A stretch of 64,000 nucleotides of DNA from Utricularia gibba. Its lineage: Eukaryota; Plantae; Magnoliophyta. The stretch's first letter is position 1. Every line of letters starts with the position of its first letter. The stretch lies in NCBI GenBank assembly GCA_002189035.1, contig NEEC01000014.1:1736001-1800000 (forward strand), written 5' to 3'. The translations under genes were made by a program, and so were the position numbers. The notes beneath the pieces were generated by a model. That model worked only from the letters and a program-made list of their open reading frames with translations. It had not been told where the DNA came from and did not search any database. This document shows, in pieces, positions 12,621 through 24,496 of the stretch.

Positions 12621-13323
12621 GACGAGGTGAAGATAATTGGGTCCTGGTGTATTCAGCAGCAGCAGATTAGAAGTACTCGTTTTGTTTTAACTAATCAGCA
12701 TTGAGTTGTGCCCATCCCCATTCCCATTGGCTTAACCTAATAAATGGCATCCAACTGGTATATTATTGGTTTTTAGGTCGGCCCCTTGCTTTTTCTTAAG
12801 GCTTGAGACCATTTGAAGGCACAATCATAATGTCATTGAAATAATATTGTCAATTAGTCTGCGCCATATGAAAGATCAACACGTTTGTCTCTTCCAGATC
12901 ACATCTTTTTGGAATCTGCGTCAGACCCATGTTCTCTGTAGCGCAGAAAACTCCAAAACCAGTAAAATGCTTGCTGGCTGGCTATATTTGTTTGCATCTC
13001 CTTGAGTGGATGAATTTGTGGGAAATGTGCAGTGTCCGTGATTCTTTTTTAAGTTGGGATGTGAATAATCCGTCATTCGATTTTCAATGCTTCTGCTTCT
13101 TTCATGAAAAACCTCAATAATTACGCACACCCATATGAGAAGGATTCTTTTTCACTAAAGTATGTGTCTGCATCGAGAACTTGTGAATGAAGGCCATGTG
13201 AAGATGGCACATTTCTAATTGTGATGTTGTTTTGTTGCCTTTTTTGAGCAGATCTGTGACTCATACGTTTCCTATTAAATAAGAGATGGAACACTGAAAT
13301 CAACTGGTGTTGTGAAGGAAGCA

Positions 13324-16300
13324 ATGGAGCGCTTCCTCACCTTCCATCTTCTGTTCTTCATTCTTCTCGGCATTGGATTTCAGTCTTTAGTTATTAATGG
13401 CCAAGCAAAAGACCAGATTTTTGCACTTTCCGTCGATGGCTCTGGAACATCGAAAAGGATATCAGACAAAATGTTTGGTGTGTTCTTTGAGGTGAGTATT
13501 TTTACTTTTTACATGGCTTTGAACTTCATATTGTTGTGAAGTCTTTCAATGGAGAATTTGCATTGTGTATTATGTGAAAGCCTCTAACAGTTCAAACAAT
13601 GGGTGTTGCCATCGCAGGAGATCAACCATGCTGGAGCTGGAGGCTTATGGGCTGAGCTTGTGAGCAACAGAGGTAAGTAATCCTGGGATTTCTTTTGCTG
13701 GGGAATTTGAATCTCATTACACACTCGTGCAGGTTTCGAATCTGGTGGTCATGTCGTTCCCACAACTATCGAACCATGGTCTGTAATCGGTGATCATACA
13801 ACTATAGATGTATCCTTAGAACTTTCTTCATGCTTTGTGAAAAATAAGGTTGCATTGAAAATGGAGGTCCTTTGCGACCAGAATGCTTGCCCTCCAGGGG
13901 GAGTTGGAATATATAATCCTGGTTACTGGGGAATGGTAGGTAGAAAGAAATGCATACACTTTTTTCTTAACTCATCAATGTCATTGAACTGAGACCTTGT
14001 TCTACAGAACATTGAACAAGGCAAGAGCTACAATTTGGTGTTTTACACTCGCTCTTTGGGACCCGTACAAGTAACTGCATCGCTCACAAGTTCAGATGGC
14101 TCAGAGACTCTTGCCACCACCACCACCAGCATAAAGTATGCATACATGTGACCTTTTGTTTTTACAGATGCAACATGCGAACTTTTGTGAAAGCATATCA
14201 ACTTGCAGACTTGATGATCCTCCTGAATGGAGAAAGGTAGAGCTGGAACTAAAAGCTCTTGAAAGTAATCCAAACTCAAGACTTCAACTGACGACAACGG
14301 AAAAAGGAATTATATTTTTTGATCAAGTTTCGTTGATGCCAGCCGATACTCACAACGTGAGCTTCTTCAGATTTTTTTGGCCTGCTGCCAATGGAAGCCA
14401 ATCCTTTATGATTTCATTTCGATATTTAAGGGTCATGGGTTTCGCAAAGATCTATTTGACATGGTGCAAGACTTGAAACCAGCTTTCCTCAGATTCCCTG
14501 GTAATGTTAGCTTTGTAATGCAAAGCATTGCCCTGATAATTATACGCACCCTTAAAGCTTGCAGGTGGTAGTTTTGTGGAAGGGGAGTACTTGAGAAATG
14601 CGGTTCGTTGGAAGGAAACAATAGGCCCTTGGGAGGAGCGATCTGGCCATTTTGGCGATGTTTGGGGATACTGGACAGATGATGGACTTGGTCATTACGA
14701 ACTTCTGCTGGTAAAAAAAAAAAAAAAAATCTTGCTCTATTAAACATGAAGTTAAAATCACATTGGCTGAGCTACTTGATCCACCTTCCACAGCTCGCAG
14801 AAGATTTCGGCGCATTGCCGGTTTGGGTTTTCAACAATGGTATTATTCTCTCTCGAAACTATTTATTTCACTTAAACTATAACCTTTCTAATTGCATGAT
14901 TCACAGGTTTCAGCTTCAATGATAAAGTCGACAAGACTCTCATCCAGCCCTTCATTCAGGTACTAACTTGACTAATTAACCACTTGCTTCATTTTTCTGC
15001 ATTGTCATGTTACATATCCTATACCAGGAAGCTCTGGATGGCATTGAGTTCACCCGTGGTAGTCGTACATCCAAGTGGGGCTCGGTTCGTGCTTCTATGG
15101 GACACCCAGAACCCTTCGACCTGAGATATGTTGCAGTGGGAAACGAAGAATGTGGCCTGCTTGATTACTCAGGTACAGATTACATGTTGCTGAAAGAAAC
15201 ATCAGTTTTCAGTCTTTTGGTAAAATCTTGATGTTACAGGAAACTTCAACAAGTTCTATTCAGCAATAAAAGAAGCGTATCCAGATATCAAAATAATATC
15301 CAACTGTGATGGTTCCACCAGTCCACTCAATCATACAGCTGATCTTTACGATTATCATGTAAGAAGAAAGTTGGGTCTCATGCACCAGGTTGCAAGTTAA
15401 CTGATCATGTTGCATTTTTCCTGTTGGCAGATTTATACAGATGCGACAACGATGTTCAATCAAGCTCATCATTTTGATGGAAAGTCCGGTGCCAGTCCAA
15501 AGGTTCTTCCAAAACTCACTTGGATACAGAACAAAGAGTGCAGTATAATCAGTAGCTAAATCATGCAGGCTTTTGTGAGTGAATACGCAGTGTGGCAATC
15601 TGATGCTGCTCATGGAACCCTTTTAGCATCACTGGGTGAAGCCGGTTTTCTCATCGGACTCGAAACGAACTGGTGAAGCTTTCATCCAGAGTTTCCTTTC
15701 ACTGCTCTCCCGTTTCAACATTACCTGCAATTCCAGTCTCTTCCTTGCAGCCAAGCCATTGAAATGGCAAGCTATGCTCCTCTTTTTGTGAACGTCAATA
15801 ATAGGAGGTATTTTCATCTCCCATCTCGTTTCACTACGCAATGGAATCTCAAGCTGCTAACTTGAATTTCAACTGTGTGGGTAGATGGAATCCGGATGCC
15901 ATAAACTTCAACTCATACCAGTCATATGGAACACCGAGTTACTGGATGCAACAATTCTTCATTGACTCAAATGGCGCATTGCTTCTCTACTCTTCCGTTG
16001 ATTCCTCCCCCTCAAACAATCTCATTGCTTCTGCTATCACATGGAAAGACTCCGCAGGCACAGAGAACCTCAAAATCAAGGTATAAAATGCTGTGGTTTT
16101 GGCCTTCAGAACCGTCCCTGACGCTTAAAAAGGACTTCCAAATTTGATTCCTTCAGGTGGTGAACTTCGGATCTGATACCGTGAAACTCAGTCTATCCCT
16201 CCGTGGCCTGAAGGGCGTTGAATCATTCAATGTAACAAAAACAGTTTTGACATCAGGAAATGTGATGGATGAGAACTCATTCCAAACACCCAAAAAGGTA

Positions 16301-16512
16301 CTGAAGACCAGTAACATAATCTTGAAGTCATTGTTGGCACTAACTTTCCCAGGAAACTCATCGTCTCCCCGGTTTTCCGGCAGGTGGCTCCGGTGAAGAC
16401 GATCCTCGGTCTAGCCGGACTGAAACTGGAGGCTGCTCTCTCCCCACATTCCTTCACTTCCTTCGACTATGTCCCCACTACCAGAAAGCCCAAGATCCTT
16501 GGCAAAGCCTAA
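13324..16512 (+). CDS. ASD1: Alpha-L-arabinofuranosidase (GH51, ASD1/ARAF1-like), secreted and multi-exon
   Basis: Signal peptide MERFLTFHLLFFILLGIGF, then FGVFFEEINHAGAGGLWAELVSNRGFE and FLRFPGG. The acid/base GNE motif (VAVGNEECG) and nucleophile motif (AFVSEYAV) are intact. Stop TAA at 16510-16512. Confidence 0.93.
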
Positions 16513-16528
16513 GTCCTTGGCAGTCATC

Positions 16529-16830
16529 AAGAATCACCAAAACACTGAATTCTATTCAATGGTTTCACATTGGGAATATTGGATCGGGTCAACCCAATCC
16601 AAAGCTACTATAAAACATTGGAACCGGTCAAAACCGGGTTTTTATCAAAATTTTTCATTGATGGTGAAATGGGGTGAACCAACCGTGCGTGGGTAAAGAA
16701 GAATCACCAAAACACTAACTTTATATTCTATGTTTTCACATTGAGAACATTGGCTCGTGTCAACCCGATCCAAAACTAGAATGAAAACAATTGAAAACCG
16801 GTCAACAGTGGGCGTGAACCGGGGTGGGTC
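16529..16830. repeat. Two imperfect direct repeats with a 170-bp period, each containing a palindromic core (TGGATCGGGT-CA-ACCCGATCCA-like). Possible MITE-like remnant.
   Basis: AAGAATCACCAAAACACT...TTTCACATTG...GTCAACCC.ATCCAAA...AACCGGTCAA begins at both 16529 and 16699. Confidence 0.75.
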
Positions 16831-17862
16831 TGTCTCAGAGGACAGGTAGAGCAAGTTAGATGTGTTTGGCGTTGAAGGCTTCTTCCCCATCACATTATTG
16901 GATTTCAATCGCCACCATTCCTAGTGTTGACTTAACCGATGCATTTAAGAAGGAAGAGGTGAATATTTCCTTGTAGCCCTCACTAGAAAAAGCATAGGCT
17001 ACAGCAATTTAATTCATTTCTTTAGAACTAAACATTGAGAAGGGCATGAACAAGGAACTGCTTAAACCACCAAGTCAAACACAATTAATAGCTTTCCCTG
17101 TGGGGGAAGTCATTATTGTATGGATTCCATGTGGAAGCTTTGATCTTTGGCAAGGTACAACCTTTGTTTATTGACCAGATGAATTGAACTGTATGTTGAA
17201 TCTGTCGTGGTTTCCAGGGCATGTACTGAACGATTCTGCATTGGTATTATACTGTAACCGAACCGTTGAATAAAAATTGAATCTTTAACTGATCAGAAGG
17301 AAGCTGACTTCAATAAAATAGTTCCCAGTTGTGAGAGGGGGTGGGGCTTTTTAGAATGAGTGTGCTTTTTCCCCATGAATGCTAGCGATAATTCTCATTC
17401 AAGGTTTTCCAAACCAGGGGAGAAATTGACGAACAGCAGAGGCTGTTGAGGCAGCACGCATCTGGGATTGTAACTGAAACCGAAATTAAGAAATCTGATG
17501 GTATGATGTCTGAGTGGTTCATTTGGCCAAGATTGAAGCTTTGTTTGCAAATTGTACGAGGATTAGCGTTTTTTAAGGGACATTTGTTTGTTGTGACTAC
17601 GACAACGTTTTTCACCGGCCCCGGTCCCCACACACCACCAAACTAGAACGCTATCGCCATATTTTCCCCCCCTTCCCGAGGGGTTTTTCTCCACAGACGT
17701 CAATGCGCTTGTTGCCCGCTTCACACAAACCCCTGTGGGGCGTTACTCACAAGTAGAAGAAACAGAAAGTTGGGGTTTTTCTTGTTGTTTCACTTTTATT
17801 GGTTTCTGGCTTGATCTATTATGAATCGCCCAAACTTTACTTGATGAAGCCGGGTATACGCT

Positions 17863-19500
17863 ATGGCCACCTTCTTTTCATACCCTTTTACCAGAATGTC
17901 CAATCAACACGAAGAACCCAGAATTCGGGGGTTTCCCACTGATGATGATTATGCTGATTTGGAAGCACAAATCGCGGGGGACTGCTTCAATTCGAGGCCC
18001 TTTTTGTTTCTTGACATGATGTGGAACTTGGCTTTCATAGTGGTTTCTGTTTTCGTCCTCTCAGCCACGCTCCATGAACGGCCGTCGACCCCGTTAAGAC
18101 TGTGGATTTGTGGGTACGCTTTACAGTGCCTCCTGCATGTGGGGTTTGTTTGGGATGAGTATCAAAGGCGAACCCTTGGTCGCGATTTTAATTCTGCCAG
18201 TTCCCAAGATTGCGACTTTTTCAGGGTTTTTTATGTCGGCAACGGCAGGTATTTCTCATAATCCTACACTAAATTGGTGCTTTCATGCTTTCGAAATGGG
18301 GCTCTAGCATTTTGTTTCTAGATCAAATATGATAGCTTTTTCTTAACCAGATTTGTGGATATTGCACTTTTCTAAGAAATAATCGGTATCAACCGTGTGA
18401 CTGTAAGATTTTAGTGAAGAAGAAAATGAAGTCCTCTCAAATATTTGGACCAAGTTTAGTAAAGTCGGTTGCTTTTCGAATTAGATGTCTTTGAGTCTGT
18501 GTTTACAATGAGGCATCACAATTTGGTGACGCTTCAAGAAGTGATTCATGTACTGCTTTCAGATATGAGTTGAGGCTGAATGAGGGGAAGCCCGAGGAAA
18601 CTTCTCTCGTTATCTTTGTTCATAAAAAAAAAAACGTAATCTGGAGATCTGATGTTCTTATTCAGCAGCTAACTCTTGCTCTTTTCCCAGTGTCATCAAG
18701 AAGTTTGAGTTGATCAACACGATCATGTCGTCAATTTGGTGGGTATTTGGATTCTACTGGATAGTAATGGGAGGCCAGCCACTCCTCCAAGATTCTCCTC
18801 GCCTTTACTGGTATGCAATAGGTTTCTCAGGCACCTCGCTACTCAAGGATTCTTGCACATATGCATATGCAGCATTGCTTGTGTCTTTAGCTTGCTGCTA
18901 TTCTTCTTCCCATTTGATCATAAAGATGTTCTTCCTATTCATGAATGAGGCTTGTCTGCCATTGCAGGTTGTCCGTGATATTTTTGGCATTTGATGTCTT
19001 TTTCATGATCTTCAGCATTGTGATGGCATTCTTTATGTTCTTGTTGCTGTTCTGTTGTTTCCCGATGCTTGTCGCAATTGCCTACGCAATGACAGTCAGG
19101 AATGGTGCTTCAGACAGTGATGTGAGATCACTTCCTAGGTTTCTTTATACACCGCAGAGATCTTCAGAAACAGTTGAAGATGGCAACAAACAACAACTTT
19201 TAAGAGCATTCTCCAGTGACAAGACAGAGCTTGTTGTTCAACCAGAGGACTCCGTTGAGTTTCTGCTTACTTCTCCTATTACTCGATTTTTCTATTTTCG
19301 AATGGCCGAGTTGCCTGACAGTTCGGTTTTGTATACAGGAATGCTGCATATGTCTTTACAAGTATGTTGATGGAGCAGAGCTATGTACGCTTCCCTGCAA
19401 GCACCATTTTCACCATGAATGCATCACCAGATGGCTCCGCATAAACGCGACTTGTCCTCTTTGCAAATTCAACATCCTTAAAGGTGACACCTTGGTCTGA
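17863..19500 (+). CDS. Membrane-anchored RING-H2 E3 ubiquitin ligase (At4g11680/At1g68070/RIE1-like). Exons 17863-18248, 18691-18810, 18968-19253, 19339-19500.
   Basis: TM motifs LDMMWNLAF...[21 protein letters not shown] and [28 protein letters not shown]-terminal RING-H2 CCICL...[26 protein letters not shown]. Confidence 0.92.
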
Positions 19501-19875
19501 CCAGCGGGTGTTCGAAACCTTTTTTGTTTCCTTCACAAGGCCCTTGTATGGAGGAGAGGCATATGCTTTCTTGGCTGTTAACTGTACAGAAGAAAACAGG
19601 GAAAGCTCCATGAAGTCTAACGACTATTGTAGAGATAGGTTAGTTGGAACTTGATTTTGAGTTTCAGCTCAAGTGGTTATTGGAACAGCCAATTCAGGCA
19701 TTAGTTGATGCTACATATCAAGAGCTAGCAGCATTTTCTGTTGTACATTCATCCATCCATTTAGGCAACTTTCAACAAAATACTAGCATCAGCATCCTTG
19801 TTTTTGTACTCATTTTGCGATCAAAAGCATAAACTGACTATAGAAGCAAGCAACAAGTGAAGTTGAGAGGTTCAA

Positions 19876-20596
19876 TCAAACATTCTTGTTCTTTTTCATC
19901 TTTGAAGGTGGCCATCTTCCCTTCTTCCTCAGATGGCGCTTCCTAAGGAGTCTCTTTCTCCTAAGCCTTATCTTCTTGGCTATTTTCATTCGCATTTTCT
20001 GCTCGAGGTTCAGCTCAAGTGTTGAAGCCAATGGGAGGTTCTGAAGAGAAGCATTTTCCTTATCGGTGTCAGACGAGACTTTCACGGACTCCGGCTCGGC
20101 GGAGTCTGTTCCATCTACTTCTGATGATGCCTTGACAATTACAGCACCTCGAGAGGGCGAAAAACTGCTTCTAACTGAGGATTTTGGAATCGAACAAGCT
20201 GAGTTGAGCAACCTGAAAGCTAACAACAAAATAAGATCAATAGAAGTAGAGGTATTTGAGATTAAAAAACACACTACAACACACCACATTCGTCTCTAAA
20301 AACCCAAAAACTAAACATGTGTTGTTCCATCTCCCAGCCTCCTGTAAACATTTCTGCATTATTGACTGGAAACCCAAATCAGGAAACTGCAACACGAGCT
20401 CCACAATGGCAAACAACTATTGAAAACCATGCCACAAACAACCCATCATAGATGCGACATCCACCAACAAAATTAAGCCTCGGAGAGAAGCAAGTTACAT
20501 TGAAAAAAGCTTACAAGGCTGAGTAGCGGCGAGCCCAGAAACAGAAGATGAAGCAGGAGAAATCAAGGAGAAGGAAGATGAAAACAAAAGTGCCAT
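19876..20596 (-). CDS. PSRP5: Plastid-specific 50S ribosomal protein 5 (cL37). Exons 20596-20515 and 20212-19876.
   Basis: Ser-rich transit peptide MALLFSSSFSL and basic C-terminus KIRLRRKRLLRKRHLRKKGRWPPSKMKKNKNV. Confidence 0.9.
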
Positions 20597-20712
20597 CCCT
20601 CCAGAGCAGCGTCCCGTCCGTTGATCCACAGATAAGCAAGCCGCAGCCTTGTATACGGATCTTCGATTGGATAACACAGCAGGCTCATCGTTAAATTGAG
20701 CTTCGGCCGGAA

Positions 20713-20847
20713 GGCCCAGCCAGCCCGTCCCAACACGAAAAAGCACGCCCCAGTACAGTTCGTAAGATCGAACCATAAATGGGCCTCCGGGCTTAGGCTC
20801 GTACCGTCCCTATCATCTGACCCAATCCGGCTCTGCAGTCAGGCCCA
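20713..20847. promoter_or_regulatory. Site II (TGGGCY, TCP-bound) elements upstream of PSRP5
   Basis: GGCCCA at 20713, TGGGCC at 20780 and GGCCCA at 20842, a pattern typical of ribosomal-protein promoters. Confidence 0.5.
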
Positions 20848-21986
20848 ATAACAAACGGTACGAATTGGAAACCACTCCCCAGTTGACTCCGCCCCATTCT
20901 TTTTCAATGTGAGATTTTTATTCATTTTTAAATAACATTTTACATATAAATAAAATATTAAAAATATAAAATAATAACTTATCAAACTATAATTACTCGA
21001 TTCATTCCATAATCACATCATGGTAATGTTCATACCCATATATGTTATTTATGTATATAATATATGGTATTTATAACACCGTTTTCTAGTAGTTTCTTTT
21101 ACTTTTGGACCACGTCTCCTACCGCCACTAAATGTTCAGTTGAAGCAGGTGGAGAGGTGCTACCTCCATGAACATTTATGGATATTCGGAAAATTGACTA
21201 TCTTTTTTTTAATGTGTCTGAAAATATGCAAATAAAATTTTAAATTAATGTGTGACAGAAATTAAGGGTAGTTAATTTTCTAAATAACTCTCATAAATAC
21301 TCTACGCTTTTTTAATGGCAAAATTAAATATATATATATAAATATATAACATACTTGAAAATAATAATAATAATAGAGGTGAGTTGATGATAAGGATGAA
21401 GGCGATTGTGATAAGACGCGGGCGGTGATGATGGATTCCATTAGGTGGCGACGACTTGGACGAAGTCAATGCCACGTCACTGCCCACTTGACCCAGCAAC
21501 GCTAATGCTATTTTATTATTATTATTATTATTTGTTAATACAAACCACATCGACAACAGAAAGTAATCTAGAAAAAGAATATTCCCCACTCCCCCGAGCG
21601 TTGTTCGTAGGTCGTCGTTAGGTATTATCTTGATTATTTAAATAATTATAAAATAGGTTTATTTTGAACGGAAGGTCAATGAAATTAAAATTTAGGTCCC
21701 CGGCAGGATACCTTCCCCCATAGCTACCTACCTTTACCCATGTCACTTCGTTTTAGGTACAATTTAAATTTATCTCGAAATAAAATAATTTTAATTTAGA
21801 ATTTAAAATAATAACTGCAGTTAGTGTGTGGAGAATCTGAAATCAGGGCAATGTGAGCATCCATCGTAAAACAAGTCGAAGCTGAGTTAAACTGGGTGAA
21901 GAGAAAGTAGTGGGCCCCATCAATATTTACAGTGTTCCTTTTTTACCCCTAAGTGTAGGGATACAGTTACTGCCAAACAGACAAAA

Positions 21987-22661
21987 TCACGTCGCTCTCC
22001 AGGACTCCAAGGTGGGAAAGCTGCAGAATGAGTCAACGTCAAGCGCCGTCGTGCACAGACCGCTGCCGACGCCGTCCATGGCCGGCGAACTCTGCAGAAC
22101 CTGCGGTATTTCTGCTGCTCCCAGGAAAGGGGACACCTCATGAAGGGCAACCGCCGACGTGTCGAGCGTCGCCATAACACTCTGCGCCTCCGGCCTCATC
22201 AACGTCGTGACCTGACCGTTAATTCCGGTGATCTGCTGCACCATCTGCCGGAAATTCGCTGGATCCGCCGCGAAAAACGTCGTCATCGCCCTCTTCGTCG
22301 ACCGCGGCTTCCGTTTCGACACCCTACCCGTGGGCAGCGTGGGAACACCACGTCTGCTGGCCACGGAGGTTTCGTTTTCCGACCCACCGGAGGCAGTGGG
22401 CGTCGAAGACCCCCCAACCTTGTTACCCGTGGTGGTTGTCGTCGTAGTAACAGAGCCCTCCATCAACATCGCCATCATCTCCTGCGACGTGAAGAAATCC
22501 GCGGTGTCCTTGGCAGCAAATGAACTCTGTAGTGCTCTGGCGAGGGAATCCGTTTCCTTGGAGAACAAATCTGAGATATTCAAAGTATCGGCGAATGCCG
22601 GGAGGCGGTACGGCGGTGCGCCGCCCCAGTTGTAAGGCAAGAGATTATCGGAGGAAGCCAT
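21987..22661 (-). CDS. VQ-motif protein (CaMBP25/VQ15-like), intronless, 224 aa
   Basis: TTFFAADPANFRQMVQQITG carries the FxxxVQxxTG motif. N-terminus MASSDNL, ...LARAL..., and C-terminus FPTLESW are as in CaMBP25-type VQ proteins. Confidence 0.9.
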   Translation of the reverse strand: MASSDNLLPYNWGGAPPYRLPAFADTLNISDLFSKETDSLARALQSSFAAKDTADFFTSQEMMAMLMEGSVTTTTTTTGNKVGGSSTPTASGGSENETSVASRRGVPTLPTGRVSKRKPRSTKRAMTTFFAADPANFRQMVQQITGINGQVTTLMRPEAQSVMATLDTSAVALHEVSPFLGAAEIPQVLQSSPAMDGVGSGLCTTALDVDSFCSFPTLESWRAT

Positions 22662-22840
22662 TATCTCCAGAGACTATTCGCAGGGCGAGGACGGGGAACA
22701 ACGCAAGAGGATCTGCAGAGGAATTACGGAAAGGAATTGGGAATGAAAGGAGCAGCTGAAATGCGTACCTAAATAATTAGGGCGGTGTGGAGAGAGGCGA
22801 GTTGGCTCTGTACGGACCACAGGAGGGGGGTGATGGCATT

Positions 22841-22850
22841 ATGACGTCAT
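22841..22850. promoter_or_regulatory. Perfect palindrome ATGACGTCAT (C-box/CRE, TGA-bZIP site) about 180 bp upstream of the VQ gene
   Basis: Exact sequence seen; function is inferred. Confidence 0.4.
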
Positions 22851-23621
22851 CCTGACCGAAGAAGCGGCAGTCCATGGTTTCACTGTTGAGCCGGCTCAGC
22901 ATTACATCGGCTGACTAACGTAGCCATCTAAATCCATCAACACATTTTTAATTTATAATTTGAATTGAATTAAATTTGGTAAATTCATTTTTACTAGCCG
23001 CAATTAAGTAGTCAGTCCAATTACAAGCTGAAAGGAAATCAAGACAGTTTTCTTCTTCGCAGCAGTCACTCCTCGATAGTAACGGAAGCGAGCTGCGATT
23101 CTTGAGATCGATAAGTAATGGAGATTGAGCTACTGTGAGCAGTACTGTCATCTGGTATTTCCGATTCAGTTGGTGAAAGCGGAAACGAAAATTGCAGAGG
23201 TTTGCGACACTGAAATTGCTGCAGGAAACTGATTGTTTGCTGTTTGGCCACTGAACCAACCGATTGTTCGATTCTACGATCGATGGATTGTTCTCCAGGT
23301 TTTTTCGCAAGGTTTCAAGGTCTGATCTCGCTTTCTTGCTACTTCCTCAGCATGCTATTGCGTCTGCTTGACTCTTTGATTGTTTTCTTGCTTAATCTGT
23401 GAAGGATTCAACAGATAATGATTCATTGGAAAATGACAGAGAAGCAAGAACCAGTACTTCGATCATCCGCCTGAAGTGTTTTTCATTGGCGCCCAATGAA
23501 AAAGTGATTGCAGAAAAAAGAGCGATTGCGCAAGGATGACGCTACCCTGACGCAAATGTCTCTCGATAATCGAGGGATTCCCGTCCCCAACGACAGGCAG
23601 AGCAGTGCAGCTGGACTTATC

Positions 23622-23676
23622 CGGCTCGGCTCGGCTCGGCTCGGCTCGGCTCGGCTCGGCTCGGCTCGGCTCAGCT
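23622..23676. repeat. (CGGCT)10 pentanucleotide microsatellite followed by a degenerate CAGCT unit
   Basis: Read directly from the sequence. Confidence 0.95.
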
Positions 23677-24496
23677 TTCACAACGACTTCTCAGTCCTCA
23701 CGTACGATTTTGGAAAACCAAAAAGGGGGAAAAGGTAGTATTGTTATTCTTTGGATGGCTTTGTCCTTATTTACCTAATTTACAACATGACACATGTTGA
23801 TGTTAAGGCTGCAGATTATGAGGAGAGGAACCACGCACGGTAAATGGTTGACGGTGGAGAACGCGGTTTTCCTTTGACCGCTGTGCGAAAGCCAGCCTCA
23901 CATCGTGGGCACCGTCCGCCTACGCGCTCCCAGTATCCTCTTTTCCCTTACCCCTTCCAACTTCGAACAAACTACAATATTCTCCCCTACTTTAAATATA
24001 AGAAATACGCACTTAATCCAATGCACACACTGGGGCGGTCTATTTCGTAATTTGTCTTTCTGGTAGACCTCAAACTTGTCTTCTTCAAAAAGAACATGCA
24101 ATATGATGGTGGAGGCACTTACGTTATATGGTATGGAAAAAGGAGCATGGGGGTTGGAGGGAGAAAGGCAAGCCCAAGTCCCATCATGTCATAGAGCTGA
24201 GGAAGAGAGAAGATGCGGGCTGTGGAGCGACACGCAGGCTGCTCTCTTTAAAGCAGATTCTAGAATGCAAAGATGCTTGATGCCCAAATGGACTCCCTGC
24301 AGAGTCGGCGGGTAATTAGCGTCTATCGCAGGGAAGATGCTTGGGGAATGAACCAGAAGTGCGCCAAGAAAGATCTGATACCGCGTTTGGAAGCATTGAC
24401 AAGAGAAGAATCACGCAGAATCCAACATAAGGTGCCAGACAAAATAGAGATGTCTCCAAGAAACTTCAAAGGGGTGTGGAGGAAGGAAAATGTGGC

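Noticed and set aside
17624-17636. GTCCCCACAC resembling the snRNA USE element
   Set aside because: It does not match RTCCCACATCG, and there is no correctly spaced TATA or snRNA sequence.
22140-22759. Long plus-strand ORFs opposite the VQ gene
   Set aside because: These are antisense shadows of a GC-rich coding sequence with no recognisable motifs.
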